This document shows, in pieces, positions 38,180 to 48,452 of a stretch of 64,000 nucleotides of DNA (position 1 is the first letter of the stretch; each line of letters begins with the position of its first letter). A program made the translations under genes and the position numbers. The stretch is taken from the NCBI GenBank assembly GCA_046754465.1, contig JBHHVU010000012.1, forward strand, positions 1,850-65,849, given 5' to 3'. The notes under the pieces were generated by a model. It had not been told where the DNA came from and searched no databases. It worked only from the letters and a program-made list of their open reading frames with translations. Origin of the DNA: Nitrospinaceae bacterium (GTDB taxonomy: Bacteria; Nitrospinota; Nitrospinia; Nitrospinales; VA-1).

Positions 38180-38251
38180 ATCGATCTCCTTCCCGTTCAC
38201 GCCGGACGGACCCCGGTCCCGGGGGTTGCATGGAGTGTTAAAGCAGCGCCG

Positions 38252-40057
38252 TCAAAACGGAAGTTTGAATCCTTTCAAACCCTTCGGAATGGGAAGGGAC
38301 TTCCCGGACGGGGCTGGAGAAACCCCCTTTTTGGCCTGACCCAGCAACCCGGTCCAGGAAGACGTCCTGCCCTTGAGAATTTTATCGGTGTTCAAGAATT
38401 CCCCGAACGAGCCATCGATCCCCGCCAGCGGACCAGCGGCCGCCGACGTGATGGATTGTTTCAGGGACTTTTCAAATCCCTTCATCTTGCCGGACACCAC
38501 ATTGCGAACGGCCCCGGAAATAAGGCTGCTGAGATCCGATTGAATGTCGACGGAATAGTTGTCCCGCCCGCCCTGGATGGACACCTTGATGAAAAATCCC
38601 TCGACCGAGGACAACGCGTTCAAAACCGCGTCCCTGATTTCATTGCCGTCTCCCGGCGGAACGGAAAGAGACAGTCCCTTCAAATTCGCCTGAAGCACCC
38701 CGGACAAATCGTTTTCATTGGCGATTTCGATCGTACCTTCAAAATCCGCCAATCCCTTTTGAATGCGCATCCCCTCCCCCGCTTCCACATTTTCCAACTT
38801 CAGGGCCTTGACCCGGGATTCCAGGACATCCCGCGCAACAGGCCCCGTCCGGTCCAGTTTGATTTTCAGGAAAAATTTCTCGAACTTGTCATCCTGGTCC
38901 GACTGAAACACCATGACCGCCGGTTTGCCATATACCTTCTGGTTATCCGAAAGGTCCTTCAGTTCTCCCGCAAGCTGGGTGTCGAAAAGGTCCAGGGACA
39001 ACCTAGCGCGCCTGATGAGAAAATCCGGAGAAGGATTCGGTTCGTTGAAGCGGACATAAACGCCCTTGCCCCGGACGTATTTTTCTTCTTCGCCAACGGT
39101 TTTGCCGCCTTTTTTCCCATTCAGGTAGGGGCGGGCCAATTCGTAATAACGCCAGAACTTGTCGACTTTTTCCTTAACCGCGCCTCCCAGCAGGGTGGAT
39201 ATGATATTCGCGCCGCCCCCCATATCCAGGGAATACTTTTTTTTCAGACGCTCAAAATCCTTTCGCGGCAGGTCCTTCAATTCCGCCACCCGTTTCTTGA
39301 TCCGCCGCGTGTCCCGTTGCAATTCCGCCTTTAACCCTTTTATCTTTTTCAGGTTGCCCTGGATGGTTTCTTGCAGGGATTTGAGTTCCTGAAGGGTGGC
39401 GGGAAGATCGGCCAATCCCCCGCCCTTGGCTTTTTTGTGTAACTGACGGATTTTCTCCCGGGTTTCTTCCAGCGCCTTGGGACTCAATTCGTTTTCCAGC
39501 TTATTTTCCCATTTGGCCTTCAGATCGGCGATCTCCTGTTTCACCCGGTCCGCGGCTTCCAACGTTTCCAGTTTTTCCGACTTGAGAATATCCTGGGGGG
39601 ATGGCAAGGACAGGCCCCCGCCGAACAACTGGGAAGCGGATTTTTTTCCCGCCACTTCCGCCCCCTCCTCCGCCGCTTTTTTTTCGGGAGGACGGTAGGC
39701 CTTGGCGGGGCTTTTTCTCTTCTGGTTCAAACGAATGCCATCCACCACCATATCATTGACGGCCACTTTCTTGTAAACCGCCTTCCCCGCATCCACATCG
39801 AACCGGATGGAATCCACTTCCACCGCATTTTCCAGGGGATCGCCGGGATTGGCGACGGCCAGTTTTTCTATCCTCACGGAAGGGGCCAGCAGGGAGGTGG
39901 AAAGGGACGCGACGTCGATTTCGGTTCCCGCGGTTTCGGAACCGGTGGTTTCGATGAGACGCTGGATGAAACCGTCTGCAAAAAACTGTAAAAACACCCA
40001 CACAGGAAGAAATAAAACCGCGAGAAAAATCAGGCCCTGCCAACGAAAGAGTTTCAT
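38252..40057 (-). CDS. TIGR03545 family protein (AsmA-like N-terminus, coiled coil)
   Basis: FRWQGLI N-terminus, RGKGVYVRF...PDFLIR; coupled (ATGA) to a TIGR03546-like gene. Confidence 0.8.
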   Translation of the reverse strand: MKLFRWQGLIFLAVLFLPVWVFLQFFADGFIQRLIETTGSETAGTEIDVASLSTSLLAPSVRIEKLAVANPGDPLENAVEVDSIRFDVDAGKAVYKKVAVNDMVVDGIRLNQKRKSPAKAYRPPEKKAAEEGAEVAGKKSASQLFGGGLSLPSPQDILKSEKLETLEAADRVKQEIADLKAKWENKLENELSPKALEETREKIRQLHKKAKGGGLADLPATLQELKSLQETIQGNLKKIKGLKAELQRDTRRIKKRVAELKDLPRKDFERLKKKYSLDMGGGANIISTLLGGAVKEKVDKFWRYYELARPYLNGKKGGKTVGEEEKYVRGKGVYVRFNEPNPSPDFLIRRARLSLDLFDTQLAGELKDLSDNQKVYGKPAVMVFQSDQDDKFEKFFLKIKLDRTGPVARDVLESRVKALKLENVEAGEGMRIQKGLADFEGTIEIANENDLSGVLQANLKGLSLSVPPGDGNEIRDAVLNALSSVEGFFIKVSIQGGRDNYSVDIQSDLSSLISGAVRNVVSGKMKGFEKSLKQSITSAAAGPLAGIDGSFGEFLNTDKILKGRTSSWTGLLGQAKKGVSPAPSGKSLPIPKGLKGFKLPF

Positions 40058-40560
40058 CCCCGTCCCCCCATTAAAGTATCGTAAATTTTAACCACCTTCA
40101 GCGACTTCAACAATGGGACCTTATCCAGAAAGACTTTAAGGCTGTTCCGGTATTTTTCCACGAAGAGATTGAAGCCAAGGAAAAGAGGCACCGCCAGAAT
40201 CAGGGAAATGACGAGACTGCCCATGACGATCGAGTTGTTCAGGTTACTCAAAATGAACACCGGACAACTAAAAAAATTCGTCCAGAAAGCATTTAAAGCT
40301 TCATTTTTTAATAACATGTACCCCAATTCATGGAAATAGGGGTCCAGAATATAGCCGAACCCGGAAAACAGTCCGAAGCTCAAAATCATGACGGCGATAT
40401 TCAGGTTAATGATGAAGGCCAAAAGCAGAAGGATTAAATTATGAAGGTTCCAAAGAGGGGTGAGTCCCAGGACCATTCCAAAACAAACCCCCAGACTGAT
40501 TTGCCACGGCTTCGCATTTGAATTCAAGGCTTTAAACGCCTTCAGAATTTGACGAATCAT
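40054..40560 (-). CDS. TIGR03546 family membrane protein
   Basis: ALNSNAKPWQISLGVCFGMVLGLTP, LNNSIVMGS; GGAG RBS. Confidence 0.85.
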   Translation of the reverse strand: MIRQILKAFKALNSNAKPWQISLGVCFGMVLGLTPLWNLHNLILLLLAFIINLNIAVMILSFGLFSGFGYILDPYFHELGYMLLKNEALNAFWTNFFSCPVFILSNLNNSIVMGSLVISLILAVPLFLGFNLFVEKYRNSLKVFLDKVPLLKSLKVVKIYDTLMGGRG

Positions 40561-40933
40561 GGGAGCTCCTTTTTAAGTCCGGTTGCGCGCCGGAGGGCCT
40601 TCCCGCGGGCAAGGACGGGTTTATTGAACGGTCACGGGATTTGAGGAAGGACCCGGAGGGACCTTTTCTTCATTTTTTTAAGAATATACTATCTGCCCAA
40701 AATGCCAATTAAAATCTTCACAAAATTATTTGGGAAACGGGGTATCGGCAATTTTCCTGGGACGTGCCTCTCGCTTTAGGCATGGCACCGTCCGGCCCTG
40801 GATCGTTTTCCAATAACCGCTTAATTTTCCAAAAAATATCAGGTACATTAATAGAAAACCCCAAGAAATTTAAAGTCGGCAACCCATGACAGACCCCATG
40901 CAAACAGGCAAACGGCACTAAAAGGAGTTTGAA

Positions 40934-43171
40934 ATGTTAAAAGCAGAAAAAGAACTCCCCCGCAGAAGATATGATGATGTCGTTCTCAAGGCCCAGGAAC
41001 TCGATAACATCGCTATCAATGTACGGTCCCATAAACTTCTAAAACAGCTTCTCAATGAGAACCCTGAACTCGACGAGATCCTGTGCAGTTCCAGTAATGA
41101 GATCGAAGCGCTGGTGGGGGTGGAGCAATGGATCCTGCGTATCCTGGAAAGCAGCCCCGATGCCTTGAATTTTTATAACGATGGACAGGGAGGGCGGAAG
41201 ACCTACGAGTCTTTAAAATGGCGAGACTATGCGGCCATCAGACTCCTGGATTATATAAAAAATGCCGGGAGAGAATTCGTGGATTTGAATTTAAGAGGGC
41301 AAATGGCGATAAACAATCCCATTAAGATGATCTGGCTGGCGGCCAAATATGGGACGGGCGGGGCCAAACCTCCTTTTTATGAAGATATGATTCAACTGTT
41401 CCGGCAGTTGAGGGGAGAAAACGAGCCCCCGCGGCCCACCCAAGATCGGCTGCGGGAATGGATGGAACGCTGGCCCTCCGGGCTTGATCCCCGCATTTTT
41501 CGACTGCGAGAGGAAAACAAGGAACGGATACTGAATATCATCATCGATCATATTGACAAAAAAGAAGTATCCAGCATAAGGTTCAAGTTCGAACCGGAAA
41601 TGTCCCGCGATCAGAAATATTCAAGAGCCCTTGAATGGTGGGACGACCCTCACTTTCATCTCAGCTTTGCCGTCCGCTCGCCGGATCTTCTCAACGAAAT
41701 GCTCGGGTATTCGCTCGATCCCGATACGATGAAAATCCTGTACAAAGCGGAAAAGGCGGGCATTCCCTTCTTTGTCAATCCTTATTATCTGTCACTGCTT
41801 CACGTACGGGTTCCCTATTTTGCCATTGGAGCGGACCTCGCCATCCGGGATTATGTCATTTACAGCCAGCGGCTGATCGACGAATTCGGCCACATTGTCG
41901 CCTGGGAAAAAGAGGATCAGGTCGAGCCCGGCAAACCGAATGCCGCGGGTTGGCTTTTGCCGACTCATAACAATGTGCATCGGCGTTATCCGGAAGTGGC
42001 CATTCTCATTCCGGATACGGTGGGCCGGGCCTGCGGCGGACTCTGCGCCTCCTGTCAGCGCATGTACGATTTCCAAAGCGGCCACCTGAACTTTAACCTT
42101 GAAAAACTCGAACCCCAGGAAACCTGGCCAGAAAAGCTGGAACGGTTGATGGCGTATTTCGAGAACGATTCGCAACTCCGGGATATCTTAATTACCGGGG
42201 GCGACGCGTTGATGAGTTCGGACCGTTCTCTCGAGGAATTATTGGATGCCATTTATAAAATGGCCGTTCGCAAAATCGAGGCGAATCGTGCCCGGAAGGA
42301 AGGGGCCAAATATGCCGAAATAGTGCGTGTACGGCTGGGGACGCGTCTGCCCGTCTATATTCCCCAGCGAATCACCCAGGACCTGGTAAAAATACTCGCG
42401 GAGTTTAAGTTCAAAGCCTCGAAAATAGGGATCAGGCAATTCCTGGTGCAAACCCATTTCGAATCCCCCATGGAAGTCACCCCCGAGGCGCGTGAAGGGG
42501 TTAAAAAACTCATCTCCGCGGGTTGGACCCTAACCAACCAACATGTATTGACGGCCTCCTCATCCCGCCGGGGTCATACCGCCAAGCTCCGGCAGGTTTT
42601 GAATGAAATCGGGGTGCTGGGCTACTACACGTTTAGTGTGAAAGGGTATATGGAAAATCACCACAATTTTGCCACCAATGCCCGCGCGGTCCAGGAACAA
42701 ATGGAAGAGAAAGTTTTCGGCGTGCTCCCTGAAAAATTTCATCCAAGAATCCGCCGTTTTCCTCTCGAAGCTGAAACGATGGTGGAAAACATCCAGGAGT
42801 TGCTCCAATCCGCCGGCCTGCCGTTCCTGTCCACGGACCGGAACATATTGAATCTGCCTGGTGTGGGGAAGAGCCTGACCTTCCGGGTGATCGGCATCAC
42901 CCGGTATGGCCGCCGCATCCTGGAATTTGATCATGATCCCACAAGATTACACAGCCCGATCATCAAAAAAATGGGCAAGGTCGTCATCATTGAGTCGAAA
43001 CCCATCAGTGAATATTTGGAGCACATCGAGGAGATAGGGGAGGATATTCAGGAATACGAAAGTATCTGGGGCTATTCCATCGGGGAAACGGAACCCCGCA
43101 TGCCCATTTATGAATACCCCGGCTATGACTTTAAAATCACCGACGACATTACGAATCTGGAAATAGAATGA
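40934..43171 (+). CDS. Long KamA-family radical SAM/PLP aminomutase-like protein
   Basis: HRRYP, CGGLCASCQR, DILITGGDAL, RLGTRLPV, THFE, NQHVL, LPGVGK (candidate PLP Lys); AAGGAG RBS. Confidence 0.85.
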   Translation: MLKAEKELPRRRYDDVVLKAQELDNIAINVRSHKLLKQLLNENPELDEILCSSSNEIEALVGVEQWILRILESSPDALNFYNDGQGGRKTYESLKWRDYAAIRLLDYIKNAGREFVDLNLRGQMAINNPIKMIWLAAKYGTGGAKPPFYEDMIQLFRQLRGENEPPRPTQDRLREWMERWPSGLDPRIFRLREENKERILNIIIDHIDKKEVSSIRFKFEPEMSRDQKYSRALEWWDDPHFHLSFAVRSPDLLNEMLGYSLDPDTMKILYKAEKAGIPFFVNPYYLSLLHVRVPYFAIGADLAIRDYVIYSQRLIDEFGHIVAWEKEDQVEPGKPNAAGWLLPTHNNVHRRYPEVAILIPDTVGRACGGLCASCQRMYDFQSGHLNFNLEKLEPQETWPEKLERLMAYFENDSQLRDILITGGDALMSSDRSLEELLDAIYKMAVRKIEANRARKEGAKYAEIVRVRLGTRLPVYIPQRITQDLVKILAEFKFKASKIGIRQFLVQTHFESPMEVTPEAREGVKKLISAGWTLTNQHVLTASSSRRGHTAKLRQVLNEIGVLGYYTFSVKGYMENHHNFATNARAVQEQMEEKVFGVLPEKFHPRIRRFPLEAETMVENIQELLQSAGLPFLSTDRNILNLPGVGKSLTFRVIGITRYGRRILEFDHDPTRLHSPIIKKMGKVVIIESKPISEYLEHIEEIGEDIQEYESIWGYSIGETEPRMPIYEYPGYDFKITDDITNLEIE

Positions 43172-43304
43172 CGGGTCTTAACGAGAGGGCATCGTGCCAA
43201 GTGTCCCAAGTTCGACGACCTTTTGGAGAAACTTTCCCGTCCGGCAAAGCCGAACCCTCCGGGAGAAGAAATTCCCTGCCGGACCGGCGGCCGCCCCCGG
43301 GCAA

Positions 43305-45311
43305 TCAATCGGGGTGGCCGGATTGCAAACGCCGGATGGACTGATCCAGGGCGGCATGCCGTCCAAAAAGAATGAGAATATCCCCTTCCTGGAAATAAAA
43401 ATCCTTGCCGGGATTGGCATGAAGGTGGCTGTCCCGAATGACGGCGATCAGTTTAGCTTCCTGCCGTCGGGTCCAATCCAGGTCCCCCAGGGATTTATGG
43501 TTGCACCAGGAATTTTCCAGTACCAGGAAAGATTCGGTCAGGCTGGCCGTGAGGTAAGCCGAAAACTTCTTTAAGCTTTCCATGTGCAACGACAATCCCC
43601 GGAACATGCTGTATCCTTCCAACCTCGCCAGTTCAACCTGCTGTTCGATGATGTTTTGGGGGATGCGGTATTCCCGGAGGACCCGGGAAAATATTTCGAT
43701 CGAGGTTTCGAATTCCTCGGGAATGACCTGGTCCGCCCCCGCCTCATTCAGTTCGTCCACCTGGGAAGCGTAGCGGACCCTCACCAGGATATAGATATCT
43801 GGATTGAGCTTTCGGGCCAGGCGCACGCCCTGTTCGGTCGCAACGTAATCCGATATGGCGAAAACGATCAATCTTGCCCGCTGGATTCCCGCGCGCAGCA
43901 ATGTGTCGCGGTGGGTGGAATCTCCATACAACGCTTTCATATCCTGATTCAACGCGTGCCTGATCCGTTCCCCGTTCAAATCGAGGATCACGAACGGGGT
44001 ATTGGTTTCCTTGAGAACGCGGGACAGGTTTCTTCCCACCAGCCCATACCCGGCGATGATCACGTGTCCGGAAAGTGGTGCCTCTCCCGGTTCCGTGACA
44101 GGGGCCGTGGAGGCCGAAACACCGCCCACCAGGGAATGAAGCCGGATCGAAAGACCCGTCGAAATTTGAATCAGTACCGGCGCCAACAACATGCTGAGAA
44201 TGGAGACAATCAGAAAGGACTGATACTGGTTTCCAGTGAACAAATTCTTTTCCAGGGCCAAGTTGGCCAGGAGAAGGGAAAACTCCCCAATTTGGGCAAG
44301 CCGGAGCCCGACGATGAGTGAAATCCGGAATGAGTTTTTTAGGACGAGGGACGCCAGGAACGCCAAAAAGGCCTTCAGCACGATAACCGCCACCGCCATT
44401 CCCAGGTACCAGAGAAGGGATTCAAAAAACACCTGGATTTGAAGCAACATCCCCATCGAAATGAAGAATATGCTGCCGAAATAATCCTTCAGGGGAAGAA
44501 TATCCAAGACCACTTGATGACTGTACTCAGACTCGGAAATAATCATTCCCGCGATGAAAGCCCCCATGGCCAGAGATAATCCCATCGTTTCCGACACCCA
44601 GGCCGTTCCGAGGATCATCAAGATCACGAACAACGTCAGATGTTCCTTGCTCCCCGTGCGCGCGATCATGTCCAGGGTTCGGGGAACGATCAGGCGGGAA
44701 AGAAAAAAAATACCCACCACCGCCGCCAGGGCTTTCAAAACGGCTTTCCAAAGATCGATGGAGGAAAGCTCCTCCGCGGGAGACAGGAAGGGAATCACCA
44801 GCATCATGGGCACCACGCACAGGTCCTGAAACAACAAAGTCCCGATGCAGATCCGTCCATGAACGGTGTCGATCTCCCCACGGTCGGTGATCATCTTGAG
44901 AACGATCGCGGTGCTGCTGAGGGCGGCAAGCAGGCCAAACAATATTCCCTGGTTCAGCGGCGTCTCCAGGAATTTAAAAATCATGAATATCAGCACACTG
45001 GTCAACCCAAGTTGCAAGGACCCGACCCCGATGACCACTTTCCAGTTTTTTTGCAACTGTTTGAGGGAAAATTCCAGGCCGATAACAAAAAGCAATAAAA
45101 TCACACCGATCTCAGCCAGCCGCCGGACCGATTCGGGCTCATTAATCAATTGTAGTCCGTTCGGACCAATGAGAATTCCCGCGATCAAAAAACCCATAAT
45201 TGAGGGCAGTTTGATTTTGTGGAAAAAAACATTGATCGGAAGAGAGACCAGTAAAAGGATGGCCAAATCTCTTATCAATGGGTCCATTTTGTTAATTTCA
45301 GAAGAATCCAA
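43305..45311 (-). CDS. CPA2/Kef-type K+/H+ antiporter with TrkA-N and TrkA-C domains
   Basis: LAEIGVILLLFVIGLEFS, LSSTAIV, LLFQDL, AQIGEFS, IIAGYGLVG, GADQVIPEEFE. Confidence 0.93.
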   Translation of the reverse strand: MDSSEINKMDPLIRDLAILLLVSLPINVFFHKIKLPSIMGFLIAGILIGPNGLQLINEPESVRRLAEIGVILLLFVIGLEFSLKQLQKNWKVVIGVGSLQLGLTSVLIFMIFKFLETPLNQGILFGLLAALSSTAIVLKMITDRGEIDTVHGRICIGTLLFQDLCVVPMMLVIPFLSPAEELSSIDLWKAVLKALAAVVGIFFLSRLIVPRTLDMIARTGSKEHLTLFVILMILGTAWVSETMGLSLAMGAFIAGMIISESEYSHQVVLDILPLKDYFGSIFFISMGMLLQIQVFFESLLWYLGMAVAVIVLKAFLAFLASLVLKNSFRISLIVGLRLAQIGEFSLLLANLALEKNLFTGNQYQSFLIVSILSMLLAPVLIQISTGLSIRLHSLVGGVSASTAPVTEPGEAPLSGHVIIAGYGLVGRNLSRVLKETNTPFVILDLNGERIRHALNQDMKALYGDSTHRDTLLRAGIQRARLIVFAISDYVATEQGVRLARKLNPDIYILVRVRYASQVDELNEAGADQVIPEEFETSIEIFSRVLREYRIPQNIIEQQVELARLEGYSMFRGLSLHMESLKKFSAYLTASLTESFLVLENSWCNHKSLGDLDWTRRQEAKLIAVIRDSHLHANPGKDFYFQEGDILILFGRHAALDQSIRRLQSGHPD

Positions 45312-45655
45312 GGGTTAAAAAGGTTCCGCCCCTGCGTCATAAGCCCTCCCGCATCACAACCTTATAGCGAAAAAAGAGCAAAATCCCCGAAAGGAAAAAT
45401 TTCCTGACTCACTATACTTGTTTTCCCACCGGGGGGGAAGTGGGTCAAGATCCCATTATTTCATGACAATTCAAAACGTTGAATCGCGAAGGTTCCCTTA
45501 GCGACTAACTTCCTCCTCCCGGGGCCGAAATTCATACCCCCCCCTATTGACAAAATCGAACCCGGGACCAAAATTATTATAATTCGAATTTCGCGGCACT
45601 CGTTTCTCCTGTTCGGTGTCTCACCTTAAACTGGCAACAAAGGAGGGTTAAAACC

Positions 45656-45796
45656 GTGAATCAATTGGACGAAAAAACTGGATTTTCCCTGGAATGGCTG
45701 GATTTTGGCGGTGATATGACTGCCATGTCCATCGTTGCTGGGATCGCGGCGATTGGGATCTTGATATTTTTCTTTACCAGAAGAAACATCGAATAA
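45656..45796 (+). CDS. Small single-TM protein (46 aa), below the ORF-track cutoff
   Basis: AAGGAGG RBS, GTG start, MNQLDEKTGFSLEWLDFGGDMTAMSIVAGIAAIGILIFFFTRRNIE*, followed by a terminator. Confidence 0.65.
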   Translation: MNQLDEKTGFSLEWLDFGGDMTAMSIVAGIAAIGILIFFFTRRNIE

Positions 45797-45834
45797 TAAA
45801 TATTGAATACCCACCAGCAGAACCAAAAACCCAG

Positions 45835-45866
45835 AGGGCCATCCAGGCGGGTGGCCCTTTATTTTT
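45835..45866 (+). terminator. Rho-independent terminator
   Basis: Stem AGGGCCATCC / GGGTGGCCCT, 4-nt loop, TTATTTTT tail. Confidence 0.75.
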
Positions 45867-45939
45867 CTTAGGATGATTTCCCATGCGCATGGATGTTACA
45901 ATTGGTTTTTTATCGCATATTCTTTTTTAAGGACAAAAA

Positions 45940-47043
45940 ATGTTGAATTCATCCTTACGGCTGGTTTCTTTTCTTCTCATTTTGCTCTTTCCCGTGATAT
46001 GGAATTCAGGGACCGTTTGGGCCAATGATAAAGGCAAAATCGGCATTCCTCCGGAGAAGGCCGCCGATTATATCCACGCCATTATCGAGGCGAACCGGAC
46101 TATTTATTCGGAAGTGATTGTTGAACGCCTGGGTGTCACCATCGACCTGAAGGCCACGGAAAATTGGGAAAAAGAAAATACGCTTCCTCTCCCGGCCCAG
46201 TTTCTTTTACTTTCTTCCCAATCCACTTCCGCGAAAAAAATCGGAATGAACTATCGGCTTTTGAGTCTCTGGCCCATTAATAGTAAAAACGGACCCAAGA
46301 CCCTATTTGAAAAAACCGGCTTGGAAAAAATACTGGAAAATCCCCAAAAACCCTATACCAAGGTGGTTACTTCGCAGGGGAAAACCTTCTTCAAAGCCAT
46401 ATATCCCGACAAGGCCGTGACCAAGTCCTGTGTGACCTGCCACAACAATCATCCTAAAAGCCCGAAAAAAGATTTTAAATTCGGGGACGTTATGGGAGGG
46501 ATTTCCATTACCTTCCCCGTGGTCAACAACCACCCCAATAGTAAAACCGGGAAATATTTGATCCCCGCCGAGGTGGTTGCGGAATATATTCACTCCGTTT
46601 TGGATTCGGATCGAAAGATATATTCCCAGTACATCGTCAACCGGCTGCAAGAGAAAAATATTATTTATGCGTCGGAAAACTGGTGGGAGGATAATGCCCT
46701 CCTCTTGCCCGCCCAGTTTTTATTGAACGCGTCGGACCTGATCACCAACAAGCAAATCGATCTGGATTTTAAACTGATCAGTTCTTGGCCCATCAACAAA
46801 CATAACGGTCCAGCCAACGAATTTGAACGCAAGGGGCTCAAGTACGTGGTCCGGCATCCCATCCGGCCATACATTGAGTACCGGGATATTGGAGGGAAAC
46901 AATATTTTCAAGCGGTCTACCCTGATTTTGCCGTCACCCCCGCTTGCGTGAACTGCCATAACAATCACCCCAAAAGCCCCAAAAAGGATTTTAAAATCAA
47001 CGACGTGATGGGCGGTATCGTCATGACGTTTCCCGTCAAATGA
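45940..47043 (+). CDS. Periplasmic di-heme c protein with two Tll0287/DUF3365 domains
   Basis: Signal peptide; two repeats each with LPAQFL, WPIN, YPD, CxxCHNNHPKSPKKDFK (CVTCH, CVNCH), DVMGGI. Confidence 0.88.
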   Translation: MLNSSLRLVSFLLILLFPVIWNSGTVWANDKGKIGIPPEKAADYIHAIIEANRTIYSEVIVERLGVTIDLKATENWEKENTLPLPAQFLLLSSQSTSAKKIGMNYRLLSLWPINSKNGPKTLFEKTGLEKILENPQKPYTKVVTSQGKTFFKAIYPDKAVTKSCVTCHNNHPKSPKKDFKFGDVMGGISITFPVVNNHPNSKTGKYLIPAEVVAEYIHSVLDSDRKIYSQYIVNRLQEKNIIYASENWWEDNALLLPAQFLLNASDLITNKQIDLDFKLISSWPINKHNGPANEFERKGLKYVVRHPIRPYIEYRDIGGKQYFQAVYPDFAVTPACVNCHNNHPKSPKKDFKINDVMGGIVMTFPVK

Positions 47044-47117
47044 CGGCCCCCTTATGGACAGTAAATTTGGAGCATGTTTCCCGGTTCCTCCCCCTTTTTC
47101 CCATCACGAGATAATCC

Positions 47118-48434
47118 ATGAAACGAAAAAAAATCCTGATCATGGGTGCCGCTGGAAGGGACTTTCATAACTTCAACGTTTTCTTTAGAAACAACACCGG
47201 CTATGAATTAGTCGCCTTCACCGCCGCGCAAATTCCGGGCATCGAAGGCAAAATTTATCCGCCCGATCTGGCTGGGAGCCTTTATCCCGAGGGAATCCCC
47301 ATTTATTCCGAAGACCGCCTGTTGGACCTGATCCGGGAAAACGGGGTGGATGCCGTTGTCTTCGCCTACAGCGACCTGACGCAGGAATCCGTCATGCACA
47401 AGGCCAGCAGTGTGCTGGCCGCGGGGTCCGACTTTTGGCTCATGGGACCTCATAACACCATGATCCCCTCTTCGAAAAAAATCATCTCCATTTGCGCGGT
47501 CCGCACGGGATGCGGAAAATCCCAGACCGCCAGGAAAATCACGAAACTCCTTAAAGACCGCGGCATAAAAGTGGTAGCCATAAGACACGCCATGCCCTAT
47601 GGAAACCTGGAAAAACAGAAAGTGCAGCGGTTCGCCGTCCTGGAGGATTTGAAATCCAACCACTGCACCATCGAAGAAATGGAAGAATATGAACCCTACC
47701 TGGAAATGGGGAGCGTTCTGTTCGCGGGGGTGGATTACGAAGCCATCTTGCGGGAAGCCGAAAAGGAGGCGGACCTCATCATCTGGGACGGGGGCAACAA
47801 CGATTGGCCGTTTTACTCGCCCGACCTGGAAATCGTCGTGGCCGACCCCCATCGTCCCGGACACGAACTGAAATACTTCCCGGGAGAGGTCAACCTGAAA
47901 CGAGCCCAGGTTGTCGTGATCAACAAGATAGACACTGCCGATTACCAAGATGTTCAGACCGTCCGGGAAAACATATACCGGGTCAACCCCCAGGCCGTGG
48001 TGATCGAAGCCGCATCCCCCATTTATGTCGACCACGGGGAAAAGATTCTCAACCGGCGCGTGCTTGTGGTCGAGGATGGTCCTACCCTGACTCATGGGGA
48101 GATGAAGTACGGAGCTGGCATCATCGCCGCGAAACGGTATGGAGCCCGGGAAATCATCGATCCCCGGCCGTGGATTACCGGGACCCTCAAGGAAACCTTC
48201 GCCCGGTACCCGAACATCGGCTCCCTGTTACCGGCCATGGGGTATGGGGAAGAGCAGATCCGGGATTTGGAATGTACCATCAACGCCGCCGATTGCGACC
48301 TGGTCATCATAGGCACCCCCATCGATTTGAAACGGGTCATCCATATCCAGAAACCATCGGTCCGGGTAAAATACGAACTCCAGGAAATCGGGTCTCCCGA
48401 CCTGGAATCGGTGTTACAACCTTTTCTGACCTGA
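47118..48434 (+). CDS. cDPG-synthetase-like P-loop NTPase, probable arginine synthetase (ArcE-like)
   Basis: IMGAAGRDFHNFN, AVRTGCGKSQT P-loop, TIEEMEEYEP, WDGGNND, VEDGPTLTHG, LPAMGY; directly upstream of carbamate kinase. Confidence 0.72.
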   Translation: MKRKKILIMGAAGRDFHNFNVFFRNNTGYELVAFTAAQIPGIEGKIYPPDLAGSLYPEGIPIYSEDRLLDLIRENGVDAVVFAYSDLTQESVMHKASSVLAAGSDFWLMGPHNTMIPSSKKIISICAVRTGCGKSQTARKITKLLKDRGIKVVAIRHAMPYGNLEKQKVQRFAVLEDLKSNHCTIEEMEEYEPYLEMGSVLFAGVDYEAILREAEKEADLIIWDGGNNDWPFYSPDLEIVVADPHRPGHELKYFPGEVNLKRAQVVVINKIDTADYQDVQTVRENIYRVNPQAVVIEAASPIYVDHGEKILNRRVLVVEDGPTLTHGEMKYGAGIIAAKRYGAREIIDPRPWITGTLKETFARYPNIGSLLPAMGYGEEQIRDLECTINAADCDLVIIGTPIDLKRVIHIQKPSVRVKYELQEIGSPDLESVLQPFLT

Positions 48435-48452
48435 AAATCACTTCCGCGAAAA

